The notes: a model not told the origin generated them from the sequence alone. Shown: positions 29,152-38,665, numbered from the stretch's first letter. The stretch is 64,000 nucleotides of DNA from Candidatus Melainabacteria bacterium (GCA_963818685.1 CAWFTJ010000004.1:649304-713303), one strand, 5' to 3'. Numbers and translations are program-made.

Positions 29152-29985
29152 CGGGTACGCAACGAGTGCTGTACAACCCGGTCACCTTGGCCCTTGACAC
29201 GATTACCACGGTGTGGCGCAGGGAGAATCTCGGCGAACCGCACAACGTCCTCGCCGACACGGTGTACTGGCTCGACGAGGAGGGCGAGCGGCAGGCGCTG
29301 CAGCGGGCCGGTGACGACATGGCCATGCACGGCGTGCTGATGGGCCGCGACCTGTCCCCCGACTTCCGCGAGACCCTGGAGATCCTGGCGCGGCCGAGCG
29401 TTGAGTACTTCGGCTGGATCGGGCTGCGATCGACCGAGGAGCGCGCCGAGAGCAACACCGCGGTGCTGGCCGCGTCGGTCGGCCAGGACGGCGTGCTCGC
29501 GGTGCGCGACGGCGACCAGGTCACCATCGGACCGTGCAGCGCGGACGGTCTTGCCGAGGCCCTTGTGGACAGGATGCCGAACGTGCCGGCCGGGCGCGGA
29601 CGTTCGGTGAACCTGCCGGAGCGCGAGATGCGCCAGTTGCGCGCGCGTCGCGGGGTCGGTGCGCCGGGCGAGGTGCCGCAACTGCCGGCCGAGGCGTTCA
29701 ACGTCTTCCCGCGCCAGTCCATGGCCGAGGACGCGCGGGATCTGTTCACCGTGCTGGAGCTGCCGCGCAGCGGCGGTGGCGAGCTGTACGCGGCGGCGCG
29801 GGCGCGCAGCGGCGAGCGGCGGCGGTGCGCCGCATCCGTTGGTGTACATGGACACCGAGCAGGGCCGGTGGATCACGCAACTCTCCGGTGAGGCGCCGGG
29901 CGAGCGGTGGATGATCGCCGCACCCGCCAGCCGGTCGCTGTTGATCAGCAAGTTGCACGAGATGCGCTCGCGCATCGACGACTGA
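29148..29985 (+). pseudogene. espG: EspG-like T7SS chaperone, apparent +1 frameshift near 29810-29830
   Basis: Frame 0 (29148..) gives an EspG-like N-terminal and central part up to ...GGGELYAAARARSGERRR. The plausible C-terminus APHPLVYMDTEQGRWITQLSGEAPGERWMIAAPASRSLLISKL continues in the +1 frame (ORF 29659..29985). ATGA overlap with the PPE-like gene. Confidence 0.65.
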
Positions 29986-30093
29986 ATTGCTCAAGATCGG
30001 TCATGGCGGACTTGCGCCTCGCGAATCGGCCGGACAACGACTTAACTAGTCGGTAACCGCGAGCGGGGGCCAACGAAGGAGTCGGAGATCGCC

Positions 30094-31725
30094 ATGTTGA
30101 GCACCATGCAGGACGGGGAGCTGTCCATCGCGACACTGCTGCGGTACGGGTCCACCGTGCACGGCAACGCCCAGGTGTCCACATGGACCGGTGAGTCCGC
30201 CCGCAGGCTGAGCTATGCGGAGCTGGGCAGGCAGGCGGCCCAACTGGCACACGCGCTACGCGGGCTCGGCATCACCGGCGACCAGCGGGTCGGCACGTTC
30301 ATGTGGAACAACAACGAGCACTACGTCGCCTACCTTGCGGTGCCGGCGATGGGCGCGGTACTGCACACGCTGAACATCCGGCTGTTCCCCGAGCAGGTCA
30401 CCTACATCGCCAACCACGCCGCCGACGAGGTCGTGCTGGTGAACGCGAGCCTGGCCCCGCTGTTCAACCCGCTGCTGGCGACCTTCAAGACGGTGCGGCA
30501 CGTAATCGTGGTGGACGGCGATCCGGCCGTGATCACCGCGCCGGATGGCGTCACCGTGCACGCCTACGACGAGCTGCTGGCCGGTCAGCCGACCGAGTTC
30601 GACTGGCCGACCGTTGACGAACGCCAGGCCGCTGCCATGTGCTACACCTCCGGCACCACCGGCAACCCGAAGGGCGTCGCGTACTCGCACCGGTCGATCT
30701 GGCTGCACTCGATGCAGGTGTGCATGACCGACTCGATGGCACTGTCTCAGGCCGACCGTGGCCTGGTGATCGTGCCGCAGTTCCACGCCATGTCGTGGGG
30801 GCTGCCCTACGCGGCCATGATGATCGGCGCCTCGTTGATCATGCCGGACCGGTTCCTCCAGCCGGAGCCGATCGCGAAGATCATCGCCGCCGAGAAGCCG
30901 ACGTTCGCCGGCGCGGTGCCCACGATCTGGCAGGGCCTGCTCGGCCATCTCGATGCGCACCCGCAGGATCTGGCGCCGCTGCACAACGTGGTGGTCGGCG
31001 GCTCGGCCTGCCCGCCCTCGATGATGCGCGCCTTCCAGGACCGCTACGGCGTGCACATCCTGCACGCCTGGGGCATGACCGAGACCTCGCCGCTTGGCAG
31101 CGTCGCCCGCCCGCCGGGGACGGCGACCGGCGAACAGGCGTGGAACTACCGGTTCACCCAGGGCCGGTTCCCCGCGTCGGTGCGCGCGCGGCTGATGAAC
31201 GACGACGGCGAGGAACTGCCCTGGGACAACGAGAGCGTCGGCGAGTTGGAGGTGCGCGGGCCGTGGGTGGCCAGCGCGTACTACGGCGTCGACGACAAGG
31301 AGAAGTTCCACGACGGCTGGCTGCGCACCGGTGACGTTGGCGCGATCAGTCCGGACGGCTACCTGCGACTGACCGACCGGGCCAAGGACGTGATCAAGTC
31401 CGGTGGCGAGTGGATCTCCTCGGTCGAGCTGGAGAATCACGTCATGGCGCATCCCGCGGTCGCGGAGGCCGCGGTGATCGGCGTGCCGGACGAGAAGTGG
31501 GACGAGCGGCCGCTGGTCGCGGTAGTGGTCAAGGAGGGCCACGAGGTCACCGCCGAGGCGCTGCGCGAGTTCCTCGTCGACCGGGTCGCGCACTGGCAGC
31601 TGCCGGAGAACTGGACGTTCATCCCGGAGGTGCCCAAGACCAGCGTCGGCAAGTACGACAAGAAGCGCCTGCGCGGCCAGCACGCCGACGGCCAGCTCAA
31701 GGTGGAGCGCATCGTCAAGGCGTGA
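30094..31725 (+). CDS. Fatty-acid/acyl-CoA ligase (AMP-dependent synthetase)
   Basis: AMP-binding motif YTSGTTGNPKGV, then GWLRTGD and KTSVGKYDKKRLR. Confidence 0.9.
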   Translation: MLSTMQDGELSIATLLRYGSTVHGNAQVSTWTGESARRLSYAELGRQAAQLAHALRGLGITGDQRVGTFMWNNNEHYVAYLAVPAMGAVLHTLNIRLFPEQVTYIANHAADEVVLVNASLAPLFNPLLATFKTVRHVIVVDGDPAVITAPDGVTVHAYDELLAGQPTEFDWPTVDERQAAAMCYTSGTTGNPKGVAYSHRSIWLHSMQVCMTDSMALSQADRGLVIVPQFHAMSWGLPYAAMMIGASLIMPDRFLQPEPIAKIIAAEKPTFAGAVPTIWQGLLGHLDAHPQDLAPLHNVVVGGSACPPSMMRAFQDRYGVHILHAWGMTETSPLGSVARPPGTATGEQAWNYRFTQGRFPASVRARLMNDDGEELPWDNESVGELEVRGPWVASAYYGVDDKEKFHDGWLRTGDVGAISPDGYLRLTDRAKDVIKSGGEWISSVELENHVMAHPAVAEAAVIGVPDEKWDERPLVAVVVKEGHEVTAEALREFLVDRVAHWQLPENWTFIPEVPKTSVGKYDKKRLRGQHADGQLKVERIVKA

Positions 31726-31745
31726 CTTCAGCGCGATACGCGAAA

Positions 31746-33048
31746 ATGGGGAGGTTCATCGCTGTGTCTGCTCAACACACTCGGCGTGGGTTCTTCGGCT
31801 TGGCCGGGAGCGTCGCGCTGGCCGGTCTGGCCACCGCGGCCTGCGGCTCCAACACCGGCAGGGGCGGTTCCGGGGGAAGCGGCTCGTCGTCGACGAGCTT
31901 GCAGCAGTGGTATCACCAGTACGGCGAGGCAGGGGTCGAGCAGGCCGTGCAGCGCTACGCGGCCGCCTACCCGGCGGCGAAGGTGCAGGTGGGCTGGAAG
32001 ATCGGCGACTACGCCTCGCTGATCACCACCGCGCTGGAGAACAGCCCGGTGCCTGACGTGTTCGAGCAGCAGGTCAAGATTGACTGGGTGCGGGCCAACC
32101 AGGTGGTCGCGCTGGACGACATCATCGGGCCGGTCAAGGACGACTTCACCCCGTCGGTGCTGGCCGGGCACACGGTGGCCGGGAAGGTGTACGGGATTCC
32201 CCAGGCCGTGGACACGCAGGTGCTGTTCTACCGCAAGAGCCTGCTGCAACAGGCGGGCGTGCAGCCGCCGACCACGGTCGCCGAGCTGGTCGACGCGGCA
32301 CAGAAGCTGACAACGGGCGGCGTGAAGGGCCTTTTCGTCGGCAATGACGGCGGGGTCGGCGTGCTGGCCGGGCCGCTGCTCTGGTCGGTCGGCCTCGACT
32401 ACCTGCACGAGGACGGCGAGCGGCAACTACTCGGTCGGCTTCGACGACCCGCGCGCGGCAACCGCCATGGCCACCCTGCACACGCTGAACAGCAACGGCA
32501 GCCTGCTGCTCGGTGCGCCGGCCGACTGGTCGGACCCGAGCGCGTTCACCCAGGAACTGTGCGCCATGCAGTGGACCGGCCTGTGGAACGTGCCTTCGAT
32601 CAAACAGAAATTCGGCGACGACTTCGGCGTGCTGCCCTTCCCGAAGTTCGACAACTCGGGCGCGGTGTCCGTGCCGGTCGGCGCGTACGGCTCGATGATC
32701 AACGCGAAGAGCAGGCACATCGACGAGGCCAAGGCGTTCATCAAGTGGCTGTGGATCGACCAGACGGCCGATCAGTTGCAGTTCGACACCGCCTTCGGCT
32801 TCCACATCCCGTCCCGCAAATCGCTGATTCCCAAGGCCACCAATCTCAGGTCCGGTCCTGCCGCAGACGCGGCGCGCTACGTGCAGGAGTCTGGACACCT
32901 CGTCGGCGGTCCGGTGTGGACGGACGCGATGAACACCGCCCTCTCCGACGCGCTGACCACGATCGCGAAGAACGGCGGTGACCCGACCGGTCCGTTGCAG
33001 ACCGCGGTGGGCACGGTGAAGACGCAGCTCAAGCAGCTGTTCGGCTGA
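31746..33048 (+). pseudogene. Sugar ABC transporter substrate-binding lipoprotein, apparent +1 frameshift near 32421-32424
   Basis: Tat/lipoprotein signal RRGFFGLAGSVALAGLATAACGS. The N-half reads in frame 0 up to ...GLDYLHEDGE. The C-half (GNYSVGFDDPRAA...TQLKQLFG) reads in ORF 32344..33048. The two halves sum to about 433 aa, typical of family-1 SBPs. GTG 31764 is an alternative start. Confidence 0.75.
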
Positions 33049-33052
33049 GCGG

Positions 33053-33982
33053 ATGGCGACAAGGCGAGCGCGCACGACCGGCGCGTTCTGGTTGTTCGTC
33101 GGCCCGTTCCTGATCGGCCTCGCGATCTTCGTGTACCTGCCGATCGGCTGGAGCGCGCTGCTGAGCTTCTTCCAGGCACGCAACACGGTCACGCCGACCA
33201 GGTTCGTCGGCCTTTCGAACTACCTCGACATGCTGCGTGATCCGGCGTTCCTGTCCAGCCTCGGCACGTTCAGCCTGTTCGCGGTGTTCATCGTGCCGCT
33301 GACCTTCGTGCTGTCGCTGGGGTTGGCGTTGCTGGTCAACCAGTTGCGGTTCCTGCGGGCGTTCTTCCGGTCGGTGTTCTTCCTGCCGACCGCGTGCTCG
33401 TACGTGGTGGCCGCGCTGATCTGGCGGACGTCGATCTTCTCCGGCGTCCGCTACGGCCTTGCCAACACCGTGCTGCGCTGGTTCGACCCGACGGCCGGTC
33501 CGGTCGCGTGGACCGCGACCACGCATCCGCCGCTGTACTGGCTGGTGCTGGTGACCCTGCGGCTGTGGTTGCAGCTGGGCTTCTACATGATCCTGTTCCT
33601 TGCCGGGCTGCAACGGATTCCGCGTCACCTCTACGAGGCGGCCTGGATCGACGGGGCGAAACCGGGCTGGCAGACGTTCTGGCACGTGACGTTCCCGCAG
33701 CTGCGGGCGTCGTCGGTCGCGGTGGTGCTGTTGCTGCTGATCAACGCCTACCAGGCGTTCGACGAGTTCATCAACATCCTGACCACGTCGACCCCGGACG
33801 GCAACGTCTACCCGCCCTATGCCCGGCCGCCGCTGGTGTACCTGTACTACACGTCGCTGGGCAGCGGCGGCCAGGACCTCGGGCACGGCAGCGCGGGCGC
33901 GGTCATCCTGGCACTGATCATCGCGATCGTCACCGTGTTGCAGAGCCGGTTCCTGCGACTTGGCAGGAGGGAGATCGCATGA
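33053..33982 (+). CDS. Carbohydrate ABC transporter permease (MalF/UgpA-like)
   Basis: Six hydrophobic segments and the EAA-type loop YEAAWIDGAKPWQTFWHVTFPQL. Confidence 0.9.
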   Translation: MATRRARTTGAFWLFVGPFLIGLAIFVYLPIGWSALLSFFQARNTVTPTRFVGLSNYLDMLRDPAFLSSLGTFSLFAVFIVPLTFVLSLGLALLVNQLRFLRAFFRSVFFLPTACSYVVAALIWRTSIFSGVRYGLANTVLRWFDPTAGPVAWTATTHPPLYWLVLVTLRLWLQLGFYMILFLAGLQRIPRHLYEAAWIDGAKPGWQTFWHVTFPQLRASSVAVVLLLLINAYQAFDEFINILTTSTPDGNVYPPYARPPLVYLYYTSLGSGGQDLGHGSAGAVILALIIAIVTVLQSRFLRLGRREIA

Positions 33983-34866
33983 TCGGCAGTGGTGTCAGCA
34001 GGGACGAGTTGCTCCGGCCGCCGATCCGCGGCATCGGTCCCGGCCGGATCGCGGGCGCCACCGTTCGCACGATCGTGATGGTGGTGGCCGCGATCCTGTT
34101 CCTGGTGCCGTTCTACCTGCTTGTCCGCAACGGTCTGTCCACTGAGGAGGACATCACCGCGAAGACCTGGACGTTCTTCCCGCGTTCCTTGCAGTGGGGG
34201 AACCTCACCGAGGTGTTCGGCGATCCCGAGGTGCCGCTGGCGTCCAGCCTGGTCAACTCGGTGGTGGTGTCGGTGTTGCAGACCGCTGGCCAGCTGCTGT
34301 TCTGCTCGCTGGCCGGCTACGGGTTGGCCAGGATCCCGTATCGGCACGCGAACAAGGTGTTCTACGCGATCGTGGCGACGCTGATGATCCCGGCCGCGGT
34401 CACCTTCCTGCCGACGTTCGTGGTGGTCTCGTCGCTCGGCTGGATCGACGACCTGCGCGGCCTGATCATCCCCGGGCTGTTCAGCGGGTTCACCGCGTTC
34501 CTGTTCCGCCAGTACTTCCTGGACTTCCCCAAGGAACTGGAGGAGGCGGGCCGGATCGACGGCCTCGGCTACCTCGGCACGTTCACGCGGATCGTGGTGC
34601 CGAACTCGACCGGGTTCTTCGCCGCGATCGGCGTGATCGACTTCATCGCGGCCTGGAACTCGTTCCTGTGGCCGATGATCATCGCGCAGGACTCGTCGTC
34701 CTACACCGTGCAGGTGGCCATCTCCGCGTTCAACCTGTCCCAGCACCCGGCCATTCACGAGCTGTTCCTGGCCGGCGCCATCTCCATCGTGCCGCTGCTG
34801 CTGGTGTTCGTGCTGCTGCAACGGTTCCTGGTGCGTGGCATCGCGGAAACCGGTATCAAGGGTTGA
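33979..34866 (+). CDS. Carbohydrate ABC transporter permease (MalG/UgpE-like)
   Basis: EAA loop ELEEAGRIDGLGYLGTFTRIVVPNS. The ATG overlaps the upstream stop (ATGA). Confidence 0.9.
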   Translation: MIGSGVSRDELLRPPIRGIGPGRIAGATVRTIVMVVAAILFLVPFYLLVRNGLSTEEDITAKTWTFFPRSLQWGNLTEVFGDPEVPLASSLVNSVVVSVLQTAGQLLFCSLAGYGLARIPYRHANKVFYAIVATLMIPAAVTFLPTFVVVSSLGWIDDLRGLIIPGLFSGFTAFLFRQYFLDFPKELEEAGRIDGLGYLGTFTRIVVPNSTGFFAAIGVIDFIAAWNSFLWPMIIAQDSSSYTVQVAISAFNLSQHPAIHELFLAGAISIVPLLLVFVLLQRFLVRGIAETGIKG

Positions 34867-34889
34867 CCGATCAACCGAAGGGAGCGGCC

Positions 34890-35189
34890 GTGCGCGCCGT
34901 CGACCAGCAGGCGACCGAACTGATGCACTCGGCCATGCCGTTCAGCAAGGAACTGGGTATCGAGGTGCTGGAGAGCACCACCACAGTGGTGTCCACCCGA
35001 CTGGCCTGGGCGGCGCAGAAGTGCACGGCGGCCGGCGCCCTGCACGGCGGCGCGCTGATGGCGCTCGCCGACGCGACCGGCGGCATGTGCGCGTTCCTCG
35101 GCAGGCGCACGATCGTGGTGGAGACCGAGATCCGCGCTGACAACGACAAGCTGGTCGCCAAGGTCACCCAGACCCAGGCGGTGCTCTAA
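34890..35189 (+). CDS. PaaI/hotdog-fold thioesterase remnant (99 aa, apparently internally deleted)
   Basis: LHGGALMALADATGGMCAFLG is the PaaI-type motif. It jumps directly to RRTIVVETEIRADNDKLVAKVTQTQAVL, the usual C-terminal strands. About 35-40 residues normally found between them are absent. GTG 34890 lies behind GAAGGGAG. Confidence 0.6.
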   Translation: MRAVDQQATELMHSAMPFSKELGIEVLESTTTVVSTRLAWAAQKCTAAGALHGGALMALADATGGMCAFLGRRTIVVETEIRADNDKLVAKVTQTQAVL

Positions 35190-35262
35190 CACTCCCCAGA
35201 CAGCGGTTTACAAACTGTCTGCTCGGTATGAAAATCTCCGACCAACCGGCGACAGACAGGGA

Positions 35263-36576
35263 GTGTCGATGAAGCTGCCGAAAACCAGAATCGTGCTGGC
35301 CTTACTCGCGGGCGCGGCAATGGCGTTGACCATGGCGCCCGCCAATGCCCAGGCCAACACGGGCGATCCGAACAACGCACCGGTCAACTTCCACCAGTGG
35401 CGCGGCCAACTGGCCTTCCTGTCCGGCCAGTTCGACGGCACCCGGCTCGGCGCGGGCGGCCTGTTGATCAACAAGCCGGTCGGCACCACCGACTACACCG
35501 ACCCGACCCTGGGCACCACCAAGCCCTACGACTACGCCACCTGGCAGTCCCCCACCTACGACCAGGGTTTCGGCGCCACACAACTCGTCTCGTCCTGGAA
35601 CGCGACAACGCCGGCCGGCACCTGGATCCAGGTGGAGATGCGCGGCACCACCAACACGGGCACGCACACCGGCTGGTACGTGATGGGCCGCTGGGCCTCC
35701 GGCGACCAGGACATCCATCGCACCAGCGTGCCGAACCAGTCGGACGCCAACGGCGACGTCGACGTCGACACGTTCGAGTCGAACACGCCGGTCACGCTGA
35801 CCTCCTACCAGCTGCGCGTCACCCTCTACCGCGCGCGGGGCACCACCGCGACGCCGATGGTGGCCATGGTCGGCGCCATGACCTCGGCCATCCCGAACCG
35901 GTTCACCGTGCCGGTCAGCCCGCTCGGCGGTGCCGAAGGCATCACGCTGCCGGTGCCGCAGTACTCGCAGGACATCCACGCCGGCCAGTACCCGCAGTAC
36001 GACAACGGCGGCGAAGCCTGGTGCAGCCCGACCTCGACGTCGATGGTGATCGCGTACTGGGGCAAGGGCCCGACCAAGCAGCAGATGTCCTGGATCGACC
36101 CGAGCTACGCCGACCCGCAGGTGGATCAGGCAGCGCGCGGCACATACGACTACGACTACCAGGGCGCCGGCAACTGGCCGTTCAACAACGCCTACGCCGC
36201 CGAGTACGGCCTTGACGCGCACGTCACCCGGCTGCACTCGCTGAACGAGGCCGAGTCCTACATCAGGCGCGGCATCCCGGTGGTCACCTCGGTGTCGTTC
36301 CAGGCCAGCGAGCTGACCGGGTCGGGCTACAGCACGAGCGGGCACCTGATGGTCATCGTCGGGTTCACCAAGGACGGCGACGTGGTCGCCAACGATCCCG
36401 CGTCGCCGACCGACGCGGCCGTGCGCCACATCTACAATCGGCAGCAGTTCGAGACGGTCTGGGAACGCACCCAGCGGATCACGGCGAGCGGCAGCATCGG
36501 TAGCGGTCCCGGTGGCGTCGCCTACATCATTGCACCCGAATGGCGGCTGGCGCCCGCACCCGATGGTCGGCATTGA
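35263..36576 (+). CDS. Secreted peptidase C39-like (BtrH-type) domain protein
   Basis: Signal peptide KLPKTRIVLALLAGAAMALTMAPANA. The C-terminal domain has GEAWCSPTSTSMVIAYWG (catalytic Cys context) and GHLMVIVGF...VANDP (His/Asp). Confidence 0.75.
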   Translation: MSMKLPKTRIVLALLAGAAMALTMAPANAQANTGDPNNAPVNFHQWRGQLAFLSGQFDGTRLGAGGLLINKPVGTTDYTDPTLGTTKPYDYATWQSPTYDQGFGATQLVSSWNATTPAGTWIQVEMRGTTNTGTHTGWYVMGRWASGDQDIHRTSVPNQSDANGDVDVDTFESNTPVTLTSYQLRVTLYRARGTTATPMVAMVGAMTSAIPNRFTVPVSPLGGAEGITLPVPQYSQDIHAGQYPQYDNGGEAWCSPTSTSMVIAYWGKGPTKQQMSWIDPSYADPQVDQAARGTYDYDYQGAGNWPFNNAYAAEYGLDAHVTRLHSLNEAESYIRRGIPVVTSVSFQASELTGSGYSTSGHLMVIVGFTKDGDVVANDPASPTDAAVRHIYNRQQFETVWERTQRITASGSIGSGPGGVAYIIAPEWRLAPAPDGRH

Positions 36577-36788
36577 CAGGGTGAAAACCACTGAAAGTGG
36601 TCAACCACCCACCCGGCGGATGGCCAATTGATCGCCAGAGGCTACGCTCCCGCAGCTATGGGTGATCGGTGATCGGGGTTTGGGTCGCACCGAAGCTAGG
36701 ATCACCGGTCGCTCACAGTCGGGCGGGTCCGCGACGACGCGCATCGTCACGGGCCCGTCCGCACCCCCGTCTTCTAGGCTCGGCGCCA

Positions 36789-37826
36789 ATGTTCGCCACA
36801 GTGCCGTTTTCAGACGGCGAATTTCCCGCCGCGCCGTATCCCGGTGCCCGGCCGGACTCCTCCTTCCTGCACCTCGACGAGCACGGCACCGTGCTGCGGC
36901 CGGGCGGCCGTGCGCCATGGTCGTGTCGCGACGGCGACACCGATCTGCTGCTCTCCGAGGGCATTCCGGTGCTCGCCTACGGCTCGAACGCGTGCCCGTC
37001 GAAGATCACCTGGTTGCGGGGTGAACTCGGGCTCACCGGCCCGGTCGTGGTGTTGCGCGTGCGGTGCACCGGCCTGGCCGCGGTGTGGGCGTCCGCCCTG
37101 CGGGTCCGGGACGGTCAGCGACCGGCCACGCTGGGCGCGGTGCCCGGTCGAGTCGAGACGCACGCGGTCTGGTTGGCAACGCCTGAGCAGGTCGCGGTGC
37201 TGGACGTGTGCGAGGGACGTGGCGAGCGCTATCGCCTTGCCCGGTTGCACACCGGCGAGATCCGCACCGAGGACGGTGTGCTCCTGCCCGATGTGCTCGC
37301 CTACGTCGGCGCGAGTGAGATCCGGATGCCGCTGCTCGTCGACGGGGCGCCCGTGCCGTGTGCCGAGGTGTCCCAGGCTGATGCGATCGGGCTGGTCGGC
37401 GAGCCGGGACCGGACGGGCTGGACGCCACCACGATCACTGGCGCACCACGTGTCGACGACTGGCCGGACCGGGTGTTCGTGTACGGCACGCTGCAACCGA
37501 CCGACACGGCCTGGCCCGTCGCGGCGCCCTGGACCACCGGCGAGCCGGCCGAGGCCGAACTGACCGGTACCCTCTACGACACCGGCCTCGGCTGGCCCGC
37601 GCTGCGCCTGACCGGCACCGATCCAGTTCCCGGTTACCTGCTCACGCTGCGCTCACCTGCCGAGGCGTTCGCCGTGCTTGACGAGTACGAGGGTGCCGAG
37701 TACCGGCGGGTGCGCACTGTGCTCGCGGACGGCACGCTGTGCTGGACCTACGAATGGACCGAGCCGGTGGACGGCATGAGCACGCTGCCCCGAGGTTGGC
37801 GAGCCGGACGCCCTGTGCTGAGCTGA
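36789..37826 (+). CDS. Two-domain gamma-glutamylcyclotransferase-like protein (GGCT-type N-domain plus AIG2/GGACT-type C-domain)
   Basis: The N-domain has VLAYGSNACPSKI (YGSN motif). The C-domain has VFVYGTLQ...EYEGAEYRRV (YGTL motif). Start taken at ATG 36789. Confidence 0.7.
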   Translation: MFATVPFSDGEFPAAPYPGARPDSSFLHLDEHGTVLRPGGRAPWSCRDGDTDLLLSEGIPVLAYGSNACPSKITWLRGELGLTGPVVVLRVRCTGLAAVWASALRVRDGQRPATLGAVPGRVETHAVWLATPEQVAVLDVCEGRGERYRLARLHTGEIRTEDGVLLPDVLAYVGASEIRMPLLVDGAPVPCAEVSQADAIGLVGEPGPDGLDATTITGAPRVDDWPDRVFVYGTLQPTDTAWPVAAPWTTGEPAEAELTGTLYDTGLGWPALRLTGTDPVPGYLLTLRSPAEAFAVLDEYEGAEYRRVRTVLADGTLCWTYEWTEPVDGMSTLPRGWRAGRPVLS

Positions 37827-37830
37827 GCGC

Positions 37831-38646
37831 ATGGTCGATGCCATGTCATGGACGCTCACCGGGCACGCCGGCACCCTGGCCGGTCACACCTGGCCCAACC
37901 CGACCGCCAGTTGGCTCGCGGTGCTCGCGCATGGCTACGGCGAACACATCGGCCGCTACCAGCACGTGGCGGAAGCGCTGGTAGCGGCGGGCGCTGTGGT
38001 GTTCGGCCACGACCACGCAGGGCACGGCGCCTCCGACGGCGAACGCGCGCTGATCGCCGACTTCGAGCGGGTCGTCGACGACGAGCACCTGGTCGTCCAG
38101 TACGCAAGGACCGAGTTCCCCAGCCTGCCCACCGTCCTGATCGGACACTCGATGGGCGGGATGATCGCGGCCCGCTACGCCCAGCGCTTCCCAACCGACC
38201 TGGCCGCGTTGGTGCTCTCCGGCCCGCTGCTGGGCAGCTGGCCCGGCCTGGACCTGCTCGAACTCGACGAGCTGCCCGCCGAGGCCATCGACCCAGCCGT
38301 GCTCTCCCGCGATCCCGAGGTCGGTGCCGCCTACGTCAACGACCCGCTGGTCTGGCACGGCCCGCTGGCCAGGAAGACGCTGCTGGCCATCGACGAGTGC
38401 CTGCGCACCATCGACTTCGACCACCCGCTCGGCGACGACCTGCCCGCGCTGTGGCTGCACGGCGAGGAGGACCAGCTGGTGCCGATGGTGGAGACCAGGA
38501 CCGGGATGGACCGGATAAGGGGCCTGAAGTTCGAGGAGATCATCTACCCCGGCGCGCGGCACGAGGTGTTCAACGAGACCAACTCCACGCAGGTTCTTGC
38601 CGACCTGACCGACTTCGTGCACCGAGCTGTCCTGATCGGACACTGA
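37831..38646 (+). CDS. Alpha/beta hydrolase (lysophospholipase/monoacylglycerol-lipase-like)
   Basis: HGYGEH oxyanion region, nucleophile elbow GHSMGG, and C-terminal GEEDQLVP...ARHE. Confidence 0.85.
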   Translation: MVDAMSWTLTGHAGTLAGHTWPNPTASWLAVLAHGYGEHIGRYQHVAEALVAAGAVVFGHDHAGHGASDGERALIADFERVVDDEHLVVQYARTEFPSLPTVLIGHSMGGMIAARYAQRFPTDLAALVLSGPLLGSWPGLDLLELDELPAEAIDPAVLSRDPEVGAAYVNDPLVWHGPLARKTLLAIDECLRTIDFDHPLGDDLPALWLHGEEDQLVPMVETRTGMDRIRGLKFEEIIYPGARHEVFNETNSTQVLADLTDFVHRAVLIGH

Positions 38647-38665
38647 TCGCGTCCGCGGGCATAGA

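Noticed and set aside
27790-29975. 424-aa and 499-aa minus-strand ORFs opposite the PPE-like and EspG-like genes
   Set aside because: They are Pro/Arg/Gly-rich mirror images of the Gly/Pro-rich PPE tail. The plus-strand genes have RBSs, coupled starts and domain-like N-termini.
31410-32981. 523-aa ORF apparently fusing the end of the acyl-CoA ligase region with the solute-binding protein
   Set aside because: This is an artefact. The 5' part is an alternative frame inside the ligase gene. The 3' part is the out-of-frame continuation after the SBP frameshift. The real SBP starts at 31746 or 31764 and resumes in ORF 32344..33048.
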